Shown here one piece after another: positions 14,036 to 28,010 of a stretch of 64,000 nt of DNA (positions within the stretch are counted from its first letter, which is position 1; each line of letters starts with the position of its first letter). Origin of the DNA: Marsupella aquatica. Lineage: Eukaryota > Plantae > Marchantiophyta. The notes under the pieces are model-generated. The model did no database searches and was not told the DNA's origin. It worked only from the letters and a program-made list of their open reading frames with translations. The translations under genes and the position numbers were made by a program. The stretch is from assembly GCA_973895155.1 (NCBI GenBank), contig OZ316891.1:27255561-27319560 (forward strand). The letters run 5' to 3'.

Positions 14036-14281
14036 ATACATACGTTTGCTTGCTAGAGCAATTGGTAAACAAATGAGATAGTTCTCTGGTACGTCTCGAC
14101 CTTGTCTGTCTTTACGAACAGGCGACTTGGTTAGAGAAGAACACAAAGAGTCATCTCCTACATACATTTGCTTGCTAGAGCAATTGGTAAACAAATGAGA
14201 TAGTTCTCTGGTACGTCTCGACCTTGTCTGTCTTTACGAACAGGCGACTTGGTTAGAGAAGAACACAAAGAGTCATCTCCT
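14036..14281. repeat. Tandem duplication, ~122-bp unit x2
   Basis: tttgcttgctagagcaattggtaaac...gaacacaaagagtcatctcct repeated almost exactly. Confidence 0.9.
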
Positions 14282-15640
14282 TGCAGTGCTACTGTTCTTC
14301 CAGACATGGCAGCTTACGCAAGATCTGTTACGTAAACCTAACACCAGAACAACTACCAGGGTGTTCTAGCTTATGGATTTGAACTTTTAAACCACAGGCA
14401 GACATGGAATCTAGGGAACTTTTAAACCACACGGGCAGACATGGAATCCAGGAGTTCGGGCCTTACAGAAACCAACTGAAAGATCCTTTCCACCGCCAGT
14501 CACGGCTGAATGACGGGTGATGATTTACTTCTACAAAACTTGATGGGTCACGACGTCTCATAGTATGCACTCAAGGTTTCATCCCCAGAAGATTGCTCTC
14601 ATTCTCTCGTTCTCAAATCTTCAGACCAGAAAACCAAAGTGAGAGTCAAGAGTTCTGCTGCCATTACCACTGGTTTCGGCGACATTGTGGGATGTCAGTT
14701 CTTGTCCGTAGCTCAACTCAGAACCCGAGTTGCCAGAACTCTTGCCCTCTTGTCCGTAGCTCAACTCTGGCAAAGAGGGCAGCTTCTGGATAGGGTTCGG
14801 CATTCTTTTTCAAAGTAAATCGTCAACAATTTGACTCCTGAGAGCAAAGAGTTCTGGTATAGATTTGGATTCCACATTGCATACTTGAGGATATGCAAGT
14901 TTGCCGATAGGCGAGGATTCTAGTAGAGTACTAATTGAGCAAATCCCCGTCTAGCCAATGGCCGTCTTTCCCAAAGTATATTGTCAATAATTTGACTCCT
15001 GAGAGAAAGGGGTTCTGGTATAGATTTGGATTCCACATTCCAAATTGCATGGTTGAGGGTCTGCAAGTTTGCCGATAGGCCAAAGGATTCTTGCAGACTA
15101 CAAATTGAGCAAACCCACGTCCAGCCAATTGGCCGTGCAAATGATTCTTGCGGTACTTCCAGCTCTGGACATTCAAGCACAGTCAACTCAAATCAGGTTT
15201 TGAGCCCCCAGAAGAGCGATCCCAGGCAGGCTGTCCGGCGTGAAGGGGGAGAGTGGAAGCTATTAGAGAGAGAACATTGTGAGGATGGAGGTCAGACCGA
15301 GAGGGAGGTGAAAAGGGAGGCGAAGAAGGTTTGCCTGCTGGTTCGACGTCTCTGCACATCTCCACGGCGATTTCGCAAATGAATTTGGATGCTTCGGATA
15401 ATTTTGCTCCCGCTTTGAATAGTTTTGGTCCAGCCCGCTCCAGTAATTAGAGCTTTTCTTCGTGTATTCTGAACAAATCAGTCTTAAGCGCTCGTGGAGT
15501 TCATTTCGTTCTCCCTTTCTACGAACTGCTCGGTAGAGAAGCCGCTGCACGAAGACGATTGATCTCTGGTGTACAGAGAAACAAAATCGTGAGCGCAAAT
15601 GTACTCAAGCTCTTTGATGCAAATCGTTGAGCCCGGCAGT

Positions 15641-16672
15641 ATGGAGAACGGTTCCATAATGCAGGACTTCAAGGGCATCGTGCAGGCGATGCAGCGCATT
15701 GGAAGGGAGTCTTCCGGCGCAGTGGTGACATTCTTGGGAACCGTCGAAGGACTTCAGTGCTTTGCAACGATTGCCGCTGTGTAAGTGTTCTGACCACCTT
15801 CATCTTCTTATGACTGTCTTATGTATCTCCCGCAAAGGATTCCTGTTAAGTGGTAACCGAAATCGTGCCCTCAAGTCTATTCTGTCGGAAGCTACAGGGT
15901 CTCCCGACAACTGAGTTCTCTTTGGAAATGATTGTCCTGGCTATAACAATCCTGAAGGTCAGTCAGCATTTTGGAAAGCGATCCCTTGACTCTTTCCCCA
16001 TTGTCTCCTCTGAAGCAGTAAACCACTCGCCGATACCGGAGAAGTCCTGAGTGGTGGGGGTGCCCTCAAACCACATTCAGGAATTCTAAGTGGTGAGGAT
16101 TTTCCCATACCTCACAGCCCAGCTTCTGTGGTTTCCTCCAGCCGTTTTTAAGTCAGCAGGTCATTCTTCTGTAGAGGGTAGGAACACGAGGTCTTGTGCA
16201 AATCACAAAGTCATCCAGAAGTGGGGCCCAGATTGGTACCAAATGGGTGTCAAGAGCAAGCATTGGGTTATAATACGATAGGCATCTAATTGGGGATGGG
16301 AATATTGGGGCGAGTCTTCATTAACAAGAGTTCTTTATCTATTGCAGGAGCAACATTGGTTACTGGGTTCCCTTGATTATCTTGGTTGCTGCGGTCACCA
16401 AACTATATTTTCCTAAGATTCAGTTTCACCCTGACTTGCCCGCTCCTCTTGTTATGTACCTCGTGACGGCCCCGAGCCTTTTGCCCGAGCGCTTCACCAT
16501 GCCCGGCGAGCTCATTAGTTTGGGTATCTGTGTCTAGCTTATGTACGAGCACATCGAGTACGCCAGAGGAGTCCGCGATCCAGTCTCCCAGAGAGGATCA
16601 GCAGTCACTGTTGGTATCCTGCTCTTGTTTGTAGCCCCTGCATTCAGATTGATATTCAGATTGATCTTCTAA
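15641..16672 (+). pseudogene. COR413: COR413/WCOR413-like membrane protein, probably pseudogenised
   Basis: Exon 1 MENGSIMQDFKGIVQAMQRIG..LQCFATIAA then gtaagt. Last exon from 16348 reads SNIGYWVPLIILVAAVTKLYFP..DLPAPLVMYLVTAPS..LISLGICV*LMYEHI..GVRD..AVTVGILLLFVAP, following the COR413 pattern, with one internal TAG. Confidence 0.65.
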
Positions 16673-17075
16673 TATCGTGGTACATCAGCTGTTGAAAATA
16701 CGTTCTTCAAGTCCTTAGATTTTGTGCTGATCACTTGCATCCCGTTTATTGCGGTCCTGTCCGTTATTTGGATTTCTGCTCCATCGATTTGGACTGTTGT
16801 CCCGTGTACTGTGCGGCACCGCCAACCAGGTACATAGTAGGCCCCTTCCCCAGCCTGGCCAGGAACTTCCAAGTTTCAATTCCTCCGCACGATTTAACAT
16901 GCACATTGTAAAGAAGCTGTTCCCTCTGTCCTTCTCGGTTGTTCCCCTTTCGGAAGGGATTTTTTTGTTCTGACTGTATCTCTGCGGAGTCAAAATTAAT
17001 GTTTTTCATGGTCCATTTGGATTCTGTTTCTATCATCCTCATTAGGGGTTTCCATGATCGAAGAAATTCACATTC

Positions 17076-17813
17076 ATGGAAGAGGGGCCACATTCAATTG
17101 TGTCTCATTACAATGTCTTAGGCGCTGGAGCCCACTCCGCATACTCGGAGATCAGATCCAAGTACCTAGCAACGATTGTTGCACTGCATCCAGACAAACT
17201 TTCCTGCTCTATTGGACAATCGTTGAAGGCGATAAATTTCGCTTCCAATGGTCCAAGAGTTCTCTCCAGCAGGCGACATCATTTTGCCTAATAAACTAAA
17301 CTCCACGATCAGGGATTTAGATTTCGACGACCATAAATTCAACTGGTCTACAATCTCAAATGCTGGCAACTTCAAACCTGGTGAAGGAGGCGGTCTTCTC
17401 TCTCGATTTTTGATGGTTCAAAAGCGTGGGAGGTTGGTACAGGATCCTGAATCTCGAGCAAAATATGATAGTTTTCTACGGGCAGAACGATTAGCGGATG
17501 AAATCCATTTGCTAGAGATGGACAATTAGAGTGTGATGCGGGTCATGGACAGGAAGTGGAGTATTCATACCCTTGCCGATGTGGGGACTTGATCCTTGTC
17601 TCGCAAGATGAGCTGCAGATGGCAAGTCTCGACGTAAGCAAAGAGTCGTCGCAGGAGGCACGTATAGGAATGAGGGAAAGGTTAGAATCAAGAAGTAATT
17701 CATTAGTATTGCCTTGCCAATCAGGCTCCATTCATGTACGCGTACTCTTTTCCTTGATGTCGGAGATTTGGATCGGTGACAACACTAGGGTCGTACACAT
17801 TTTTTTCAAGTAA
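17076..17813 (+). pseudogene. DPH4: DPH4/DNAJC24-like (J-domain + CSL zinc finger), disrupted
   Basis: SHYNVLG..EIRSKY..LHPDK J-domain; DPESRAKYD; YSYPCRCGD..VLPCQSGS zf-CSL (last Cys lost); pieces in different frames with a stop at 17527-17529. Confidence 0.7.
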
Positions 17814-18034
17814 GTCTCTAGGGGAATTACCCCACTGCAAATGGGAGAACAGAAGACGAAGATTCAGTCGTGCACACCTCACAACACCAGTACTTCTCCT
17901 ATCAAGTACTGGTGTTGTTCCAAAATCAGTGGGAAGCCGTATTCTCTATCTGCTTTTCTCCGGTCCAAGACTCGTTAATCAACATCAATCACAATATAAG
18001 TCTCAAACGTCAATCGTTGCTTGAGGTAGAATCG

Positions 18035-18140
18035 AGGTATTCTATGTTGCGAGCAAAGAGGAGATTTTGATAGCGAGCAGATTTTGAGGTATTCTATGTT
18101 GCGAGCAAACAGGAGATTTTGATAGCGAGCAGATTTTGAT
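18035..18140. repeat. Tandem ~52-bp duplication within a GCGAGC-rich element
   Basis: gaggtattctatgttgcgagcaaa.aggagattttgatagcgagcagatttt x2. Confidence 0.75.
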
Positions 18141-21001
18141 GGCGAGACAATAATGGTTCCAAATTTCAGTTGCTTTTTGGTGCCCTTTACATTTTTTGTG
18201 TTTTTTTAAGGATTCCAGATTGCTAGCGAGCTCGCTAGCAAAAAGGGAGTCCCCAAAAGGGATGTTACCAACCAGGTAGTTGATAGCGAGTCACTTGCAT
18301 GTAGAAAAATAGGGGTCATGCAGGAATTTTTTTTGCTCGCGCGAGTAAAATTTTTACTGTTTGCTCGCACGTTACAATTACCCGGTAGAATCGAGGTTAA
18401 GCAACATAGGTTGTTCGGATAGATACTTCTCATTGCTTGATATATCCACTCTAGAGGGACATTGACAAAGTTTGATATATCCACTCCAGAGGGACGTTCA
18501 CATAGTTTGTGCTCTAAATTTGGAGCACAATCAATCCGTCTTTGGTGGATAAGAGTCGTTACTCTTGTGTGGGATATCACGCATGGAACTTCAAAATCTC
18601 TTAATCTTGAACGCAAAAAAAATCACGCCTTGATATGAAATGCTCTGGTGGCTGATCCTTTCGCCAGTCTGTAACTCTGCTCGATTCCTATTCCATGAAA
18701 TAAAAATTGGAGCGACACACCTATTGACATGAAGTAGACCGATCAACTTGTGGCCATCAATATTGGCCATGGAGTAGACCGATCAACTTGTGGCCATCAA
18801 TATTGGCGTATTAACGCTGATGACAGCGGATGATCCAAGCTCGTTGTGAGCAAAGTTGGTGTAGGCAAGTTTGTTTTGCCCCATAGTTTGGGTATAACTG
18901 AACTGCTAAATCTTGGGCACTGCATCAGATACTTTGGAAAAAGTACAAGTTCCTTCACTTAGATTGAAGAGGTCCTATCTTCTTGCAAGAAGTGGTTACA
19001 GCTTATACAGTGAAAGACTGCAAAATCAGGATCACCAGCAAGGAAGTATCTTGCTGGCGTGAGCCCAATACTGCAAATTTGAATTATTACTTGACCTTTT
19101 GGTAGTGCACTGAGAGTTGCCTTGCTGATCCTCATCAGTAAGTCCCTGTCCCAGTAAAGTACTAATCTCCAGCATATCACCTGGCACCTATGTTTTGCGT
19201 CCCTCATATGTAAGGATTTAGGCTTTCCATTTTAGAAAATTCAGTGTCCGCAGACTTTTGATTGTTTAGCAGAAACTATTTGCAAAACTTTCTCATGTGT
19301 TGTTCCAGCTTCAAGTACAAACTCCACCTGCCGCAGAAAGGTAAAGTGAAAAGAAGCTTGTTCACGATAGAGACAATATCTTGTATAATCCGGCAAACAG
19401 AGATGCTAAGATTCAAAGCTGTTAGACTTGAGCGTAAGTATAATTTGAACTATTGCAAGGGCTTTATGCTTGAGAAGTTTAGTCTGGGTCTTACCATTGT
19501 TGTAGTCTCTATTCTTTCTGCCCAGCTAGAGGGAATTCGGAATCCTTGAAGTCTTCCATATGCATGCCTTGCCACTTTGCCATGTACAACACTTTGCGGA
19601 AGTGTTGTACATGGCATGGGTGTTGTTGAGCAAAGTTGTCAGAGTGGAAGTGTTACTATTTCAAAGATTGTTGTTGTTGGATTCATGTTGTGGGTGCTCA
19701 AGATGGCCACAGCAACACCTACACATGGAAAGGATAAGGCACATTCAAGTTCCAACTAGGGAGGAGACATTGGACATCACCCTTGTTTGAGGTGCATGTT
19801 GTGGGTGCTCAAGATGGTCACAGCAACACCTACACATGGAAAGGATAAGGCACAAGTTGCAACTAGGGAGGAGACGTTGGATATCACCCTTGTTTGAGGT
19901 GCAGCCCACAGGCACACACAGCGTTAACCATTTCTCATCGTGCTTGGATGCAAAGACTGTTTTGAAAGATCCAATGATGCCAAAAATGTTGTTACTTTCT
20001 CTCGTTCATGATCAAACCATGTCCATCTGAATTTTGGCGAGGTTGCTTATTATAGATTTGGATTGGGTAACCCCGTTGAGGTTGTTTTTTAGTGGTAGAC
20101 CAGGTAGGGTAAGGTGGCAAGCAACAATTACTAATGTGTAATACTTGATACTTTTGGCCATGCGCCTGCAGGATCATGGCCCACAATTCTTGCATCAGAT
20201 ATACTACAAAACTTGAGAAGTGGTTTTCAGTGCTAATAGAGCATCTCCACTTGAGATTATTTTGCCAAATATTTTGTTAGATGTGCTGTGTAGAGATGGG
20301 AAATTATGGGCTTAAGCCCCTAACCGTTGAAAGGTGGCTTATAATTGTAAGCCAAAGTTTTAGTTTGAGTAAACCAATGTTTGAAATATATCTAAAGACA
20401 AAAGGATAGCTATCTAACTGTCTAGTCTGTCCGGTGGGATATGTAAGTAGTGAGTAAATTACAAAAGTAGAAATAAGTGGAGATTTTGAAGGTTTCAGGT
20501 TTACGAGTTTACAAGAGTTTACTGGTTTAGAGTATAAGAGTATCCGAGAGACTAATGGTTTATGAGTTTACAACTTTACAACTTTACGAGTATACGAGTA
20601 AACGTCTTTACGAATTGAAGGGTTACCCAATATTTGTCTGAGTGGACAGATAGGTAGACAAACAAAAGGAAAAAATGAAGGAACTATTCTTTGTCTAGAT
20701 GGGTGGCTATACCCCGATACTTGAGCTACAGTTGTGAAGGAAAATACGGGGAGAAATACGCGGAGTGCTTTTTACTTGGATGCGTGGTTTAAGCGCCTTG
20801 GACATTTTGAATGTGAGCCGCGCCCTCCCTTCAACGAAAATGGAATGCACATTGCAGAATACCGAATCAATTGCTCTTGTCTAGTATTTTGTTGCGCACA
20901 CTGTCAGTTCTTGTATTCTCAGCGTATACACTCAGGAGAATCACAAAAGGTCTGCTTGTCCGGAGTACATTTCTCACGCGTCCAAAGGAGATCAATCACA
21001 A

Positions 21002-21463
21002 TTGTTCGACCACAGCAGAAAAATGTCCGACACTGCATCAAACTTTTTGTCCGATCTTTTTGTGATGAAGTGTAGTACTGAAGATTGTCCTTTGCACCAT
21101 ATGGCGCAGGATGTGAAGAGACACATGGAGTTCTGTGATTCAATTCATAATCTCTTATTACTGTACCGATCTGCGTTCCTAGCCCAATCTGCATCCAGAT
21201 TGGTAATGTATCGAGAGAAATTGATTCATGTTCAGTTGGAGAACGTCAGATTGATAGATGTGAACAAGACATTGGTAGAGGAAAATAGACGCATCACATT
21301 TGTAAACGATGATCTATTATTTTCGTTAGGACAGAGAGGGGGACCAAACGACCCCACTCTTCTGGTCGAAGAAGCTACAGGGGAACCGAGCCAGTGGCAT
21401 GAAGGGGACACCAATGCGCCTGACATCACCCCAGACATCTTCGACCTCCCGACGTCAGCCTGA
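21002..21463 (+). CDS. Hypothetical protein (~150 aa, coiled-coil-like), probably TE-associated
   Basis: Open 153-codon frame with no recognisable domain; ends inside a tandem repeat. Confidence 0.3.
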   Translation: MFDHSRKMSDTASNFLSDLFVMKCSTEDCPLHHMAQDVKRHMEFCDSIHNLLLLYRSAFLAQSASRLVMYREKLIHVQLENVRLIDVNKTLVEENRRITFVNDDLLFSLGQRGGPNDPTLLVEEATGEPSQWHEGDTNAPDITPDIFDLPTSA

Positions 21464-21537
21464 CATCACCCCAGACATCTTCGACCTCCCGACGTCAGCC
21501 TGACATCACCCCAGACGCCTTCGACCTCCCGACGTCA
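21418..21537. repeat. Tandem 40-bp unit x3
   Basis: gcctgacatcaccccagacatcttcgacctcccgacgtca repeated three times. Confidence 0.9.
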
Positions 21538-23555
21538 ACATTTACCCTGTAAACGTTGAGGAGAGAGGGGAGCTGCTGCTTACGTTCACTAGGCTTACGT
21601 TCATTAAGCTGTTTTAGCAGCTTTTCTCTGAGAAGGAGATGAGAACCTTGATGGTAGGTGTCAATGCGATATTGTTGAAACTCGATGAATGCTGAGACAA
21701 CCCGACAAGCTCGGTCTCCACTTTTTGCGCCAGCATCGTCCCTACGAAGGTCTCTCAAGCAACGCTTGATTCAGCACGGCTTAGGCACTAGTGGAAATTG
21801 CTCGATTCAGTACGGCTTAGACACTAGGTGGAAGGGGAGGCCCTCACAATGGGACTTCTGTGGCTCGTCTCACAGCAGCTGTCACCAATTCTATATACCT
21901 TACCCTTTGATAGAACATGTTACGAAGGCTGTAAGAGTTCAATTTTTTTTAAGTTTGTGTTGCTTCGCACTGCATTATTTGCAGACATTATTTGCTGGCG
22001 TGATATTTTTTATATGGAGTATTATTGAAAAAAAATGTGAAGGATATCAATTACATGCAATTTGTATGTAAGCACGCATCTTTCTCGCGTCCATCTTAGA
22101 GCCTCCCCTACCTTGCAAAACAGAATCCAAATGGACGATGAAAAACCCTTCAGGTAAGTCTAGTCCGCCGTTGGGATCTTCTCGAGCTTATAGTCTTTCT
22201 TACAGTCCATCGCGACAATTACGTGTTCTCTCATTGTCTGTATACGTAAGGGTTGCTGTCGGAATCATGCATGATCTTCTCGACTATAGGCTTTCCTACA
22301 GTCCAACGCTTATGCTCGTCCTTTCATGCGATAATCATTGCAAGTTGCCACTTGTGCCACTTACAATTCTTTCGACAATGGCGAACCTGAATTTGATTTC
22401 CAACTATGAACAGAGTCGATTCTCCTGGAATGATACGTAAGTTTGAGATGTATCGGTGGATGTACAGAGTTGCCCATGACATGATCGTCTTCTCAGTTTG
22501 TACGCACACAGTTTGACCTCGAGTACGACTTACGCCTGTAAAACTATCCTTGGGTTGGATGTGCAAGAATTTTGCGACAAAAGTCGCAGACAGAGTCCTG
22601 CTTGTGTCATCCCGACGTTCCTCAGAAGAAAGTCCCTTACTCATCATGGGATTCCAATCCTACAGAAAGTTACGGTAGACGATTCATACTCGAAGTCAAA
22701 CGTGTGCCACCGATCAAACATACCTTCAAATGAATGTCATCATGGAGTAAATGCTTAGAGTAAGGTACCCCGGCATGTTTCCAGTTGCGCTTACTCCTCT
22801 ACATTGGCGTCAGTGTTGCTAAATCGTTTTAATTACTTGAACAATAAGGTAGGATGGCGCGCTGTATCGTCCTGAATTGAGGCAGATGTGCTAGTGGCGC
22901 CCTGTGGAAGCAGGACGACGATCACCATGATCGAAATTTTCGACAATTAATCCTTCCAATGTCATCAGGTACGTCGGTTTCATCACTAAACATCATAAAG
23001 GTCTTTCAGTCATTAGAAAGCAAGCATGCGATTGCATTGGATTTAAGGAGGAAGGTTCGCTCGGTAGAATTTCAGGTGACGTCCTAGCAGAATTTGCCAG
23101 CAGCTGCAGCTACAGAGCAAAACCTTCTCCCCTGGAGATGTCTAATTTTTCTCCATGGAAAATCACAATTATTTACTTTCTGAAACTGACACAAGCTAGG
23201 TCCAAGAGTACCACCAATCCTGATAGACTTTCAAGCGTTCAAGTGTCTTTGAGATAAATGAATGGACGCGTCACTAACTTGAAAGAAATTTCTCGGATTT
23301 CACTTCTCAAAGCCACCATGCCACTGACTTCGTTTGAACTATCGTTACTGCAGGAGAACCTCACTGTCTATCCGAAAATTCATCATCTATGGCAACGTGT
23401 ACAAGACATGCCAAAATACTTCACACGAGTTCTTCTTACACATTGTGTCCATTCCAGTTTGGTCATAGTTCTCTTCAGAGTTCCTGCATTTACCAGTGAA
23501 TCCTCACAAGGTTACCACATGTCCTTGCAAGAACCTCAAAAAGAAGAGTGTGATC

Positions 23556-26500
23556 ATGGAAAACAGCCGTACAAGTGCTGATAGTTTTGATAGTCTCCCT
23601 AGGACTGAACAGCAGGTTGCTACGTCAAGTGCAACACTGCTTTCAAATGAAGGAGTTCCCTTACAACCTCTAAATACCAGGCGTGCTGATCTTGGGTCGA
23701 TTGAGCGTGGACAAGAGGAGGTGGGAACATCCGATGAACCCACTGTGAGGTCGAAAATTAGCGAGCACGTGAGAAGATGGAGTAAAAGTCTAGATGAGGG
23801 GCTTCGGAGTCTTGATGAAGGCCTTCGTAGTAGAGGAAATGACATCATCGTGATGGTTTTCAGGGTGCAGAAGTTTTCTTGGATTGAGAAACATTTCACA
23901 TTCTATCGCGTTCATGATGCTTGGTACTCTGGGGTCCCTGGTCATATTCATTCTCCCACTATCCAACCCAAGGCAACTTGGCTTCGTGGCTCGCTTCGTG
24001 GACTGCTATGTACACATCCTTCTCCGTCTTACGTGGGTTTCAGACAATCAGGGCAGAAGATCTCACATATTTTCATACATTCTTCATTTGGTTTTTGATG
24101 AACATGGGAGCACCAGTTCTTATCTCCCTCTTACCCCTCTACATTAGGAGGCTCTACTTCTACCTCTGCATCAAACAAAATACTGAAGATGCTTACTATA
24201 ATGAGCCTGCAGATTCATGTAGGTCCCAAGCGCGCTAGAACCTTCAAAGCCTCGAAAATCAGTCATGATGGAGAAACGGAAGTTGTCAATGCTAAGGAGT
24301 ATCCACCGGATGTCATCCTTCATCTCAGTCCTTCGCAGGCGAGGGAGACAAATGCTACACAAGCAAAGAACGTAGGAATCAACCATCCCCACAGTCTTCA
24401 CGGAGAAGATGAGAAGCGGAGCTTTAGAACGTGTGTGGACAAACGAGAGGCGCTGAGAACCGTAGAATACAGAGCCCTTGTGGGCATCGGTAGAGTTGTT
24501 CTTTGTTTTTTTGTTGGAGTCCAAATCCTAGGGTTCATAATAGGTTCTCAACTCCTGCGGTTTGCTGATAACGCTGAAATTGTCCAAGAGGAAGGTGTGA
24601 ACCCACCGTTTTATGCATTCTCAAAATAATTCTGGCTACTACTTGACTAACGACAGCATGATAGCTTTCCAGAAGAGTTGTCTCTTCCTGATGCTGTACA
24701 CCATTCTACCATTATTGGGAAACACACTTTACCCACCAGCCTTGAGGCTATTGGTTTGGATCCATCACATGGCAGCTGGGGAAATGGAAAAGCCAGTATA
24801 TGAGTACCTTTTGCAACACCCTCGGAGATGCTTCACCAGCTTATTCCCAAGGTCTAAAACCATGTGGTTGGTTGTGGCATTTATTGCCTTTACAAGCATT
24901 CAACTCATCTTCTTGTGCACCTTGGAGTGGGACAAGGCTTTCGGTGGAACGAACTAAGCAAAAGCTAGTGGTTGGAATTTATGAATTTGAAGCAGTGGGC
25001 ACTCGGAGCTCTGGTGGTACTGTGGTTGATCTGGGTCGACTCGCACCAGCAATACTATTCCTCTTCGTAGTCATGATGTAAGTATAAAACTCTTCAGCCG
25101 TTACATTGAACATCCCCTGGGACCATGCCTTTCTCAATGATATTCTTAAAATATATGAGATTGATGTTGAGATGTACCAATAACATTTTAACATCCAACT
25201 GAGATGGACCATTTACCAGGCCTAAAAGTGTGAATGTGCAAAAAACACATACCAATTTATTTCAACATAGTGTTTCAGAATGGTCCATCTGAGTTCTTTA
25301 TCAAACCTGGTAATCCATTGGAGCGTCTATTTCTAAAACATATACTTGGAATAATAGTCTAATTAAAGAGAACAATATTGGCTTGGAAATATCAAGATAA
25401 GCTTGAAGAGACAGGTTAATCATGTATTTCAATCCATTCACAAGGGATACTCATGTCGGACTAAGTCTTGTTTGTAGCATGAAGTAACCGTTGTAATGCT
25501 GGTCTCAGCTTTTTATTGCCTGAACTCTTGTAGGACAGTTTATTGAAATGTTTGCTAGCTTGTTCAAGAGAATATGAATTTTCCTATTTGAAGAATAAAT
25601 GCCAATGATTCAGTGATGACATAGAAGACGCAATCTTTATTAATACACTCAACATGGCTATGCATGTCAAAGTAATTTACTCAGAGTAACCAAGTGCCCA
25701 TTATTGTCAAGATGTCTTATGTACTACCGGTATATATCAGCCTACCCTGTATTCTTATCTCTCCAAACGAGCAATGAAGTTAACGACTACGATGACAACG
25801 AGCTAGTGGAGTCTCAAAGTAGTAAGGGGCAGTTGAAGACACACAACAAATGCTGAAATGTAATAGTTTTTCAGTCCAGGACACTCCTTCCTAGACATAA
25901 CAGCTATTTGGTCTTCCCTATACTCTTTTTGTGTCTCTCCGAGAGCGAAAGCATCAAACAAGACCCATTGAACTTCTCTATTTAAAACATCGTCTTTGAA
26001 GTGGTCAGGTTCGTACTCTTTCCTTCAAACCACCCAATGTTTCGTTTAAACCAGAGGAAATCTCAAGTTATGCTCAACAATCTCTTGGGCAGGCGATTTT
26101 CACCCACTTATGAATGAGACTAGCCCAATCTACCTAGAATAACCCTGGTAATTAACCCAGATTAGGCTACCTCAAATTTTACTCATTTCTGAGAAAATTC
26201 TCAACTCTGTTTCAAGATGCTAGTGATGGATTGATAACAGAGTTTTATGTGGAAGACCGGATTGATTGCTTGGCTTGCAATGCATGCATTATGAGTCAAA
26301 CTTGAACAACAGGTGCAGTAGGTGCATGAACTTATGAGAGCTATCAGCCTCATTCCTTGACTATTGACAAGACCCATCATTGAATCTTCCTATCCTTTGC
26401 AGTGCCTATGGTAGGGTTGGGCTATCGATCGGATATCACTATGAATTACGCCTTGACAAGACAATCCCATGCGAGGAAGTGCCTTATAGCTTCTCTGGAA

Positions 26501-26607
26501 CATGGACTTCAACAGGGAAACTAGTCTTAGTTGTAGTTATGCTTTGTGGTCGACATGGAGGTTTGCCTGAAAACATTGACCCTGTCGTTCGCTTGCCTAC
26601 ATACTAA
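23556..26607 (+). pseudogene. HKT: HKT/Trk-family cation transporter, frameshifted with internal stops
   Basis: FTFYRVH; LLGNTLYPPALR; YLLQHPRRCFTSLF; TRSSGGTVVDLGRLAPAILFLFVVMM|YI; DPLNFSI*NIVFEVV|SAYGRVGLSIGY; SFSGTWTSTGKLVLVVVMLCGRH; several frame changes not at splice sites. Confidence 0.88.
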
Positions 26608-28010
26608 ACCTCTAACACCCACACTGCCACAAACTTCTAGGCCCATTAACAATACTTCTCTTCCCCAGGGTATGGCCCATTCTAATAATCAAGGTTGGGA
26701 AAGGGATTTCCTCCATACATAATATCAATTCCATAGCCGGATGTGGGAGAGCTATTCAGAATTGTTTTCAAATATGAAGCGATCAAGCGTGTATGAATTT
26801 CATCATTTTATGTGAAAATTATGATACATTTTGCCGATGAAGGCTGTCATTGCCTTGTAATAAAGCTGACTTGGATTCGGGTTTCTTCATGACACCAAGA
26901 TCTAACTTCGTTACAGCCCCACCGATTATTTGCAGTTACATTGAGAAATCATTTAGGTGTAGGACAACCATGTGCCGTGCCCAAATTGTCCATATTGACA
27001 GTGCTTCCATTCCGAAAAGGAGGGAGTGGAGCTTACCTTAGCTGAGCTTTTATCATGGACTTCAGGAGGATCCTTCATGGCGTGCACGGCCAGGATTTAG
27101 CTGCACTCAATGCGCCACCTACTTCCTCCTCTTCATCAAAGCAGTTGATTGGACATGAAGAACTCAGCTCTGCATTATCGAATCAAACTCTCACAATAAA
27201 GCCAGTGGAATATGTAAGGCGCTGCATGAGCTAGGTAAACAACTACGAATCGTCATAAAAGCAATTTCGAAGCAGACACATAACTTGATAACTCAGTTGA
27301 GTTCAGAATGATTCAGATTTAACTTCTAGTATTTCAGAAGCCTTTCCAAGTGGTATTCCATGGTTAGAAACATGCTGCCTTGTTCGTCCGAGGTAGAAAT
27401 TAAGCCAAGAAGGCAAGGTAACGCATTTCCGGAATTTCAGGTACAATTTCCTCACAGAATTCCGAGTAAGCAGCAGAAACTGCAAATCGACAGCACAGAA
27501 TTCTACAATCATCGGGATTCCACGAAGATGAAAACCGTGCGACCCAGGACCTCAAGCTCAAGGAGCATGGCGACACAGAAACACCAAGACACATCTAGCC
27601 TAAAATACAGAGTTCGGACGAGATCCCTCGCAAGGAAGAAAAGTGCACCAAAGGAAGCGCGGGCTTCAGCGTAACGATCCCTGACGACCTGAGGCGGTCC
27701 GCACTAGCATCCTCTTCTGTACCCTCTATTTTCGTATGCATCCCTCTCGGCTGCCACCTTAATTTGGTATGTGCCACTTACTACTCGGAACACCATGATT
27801 AACATCGGCACTTCCATCTCCGAGGAATCCGTTATCAATTTTTAAGCTGCCCCAACATCGTGAACTGCCAGAAATTTATTAACAATTTTCATGATCCCCC
27901 AACATCATGAGAAGTACGTACTTTCAGGGAATCAGGAAACATATCGGTCCAGATAAATATAACTTGCATGCTTAAAACACTAAACTCTTGACAACTAATT
28001 ATGTGGGATT

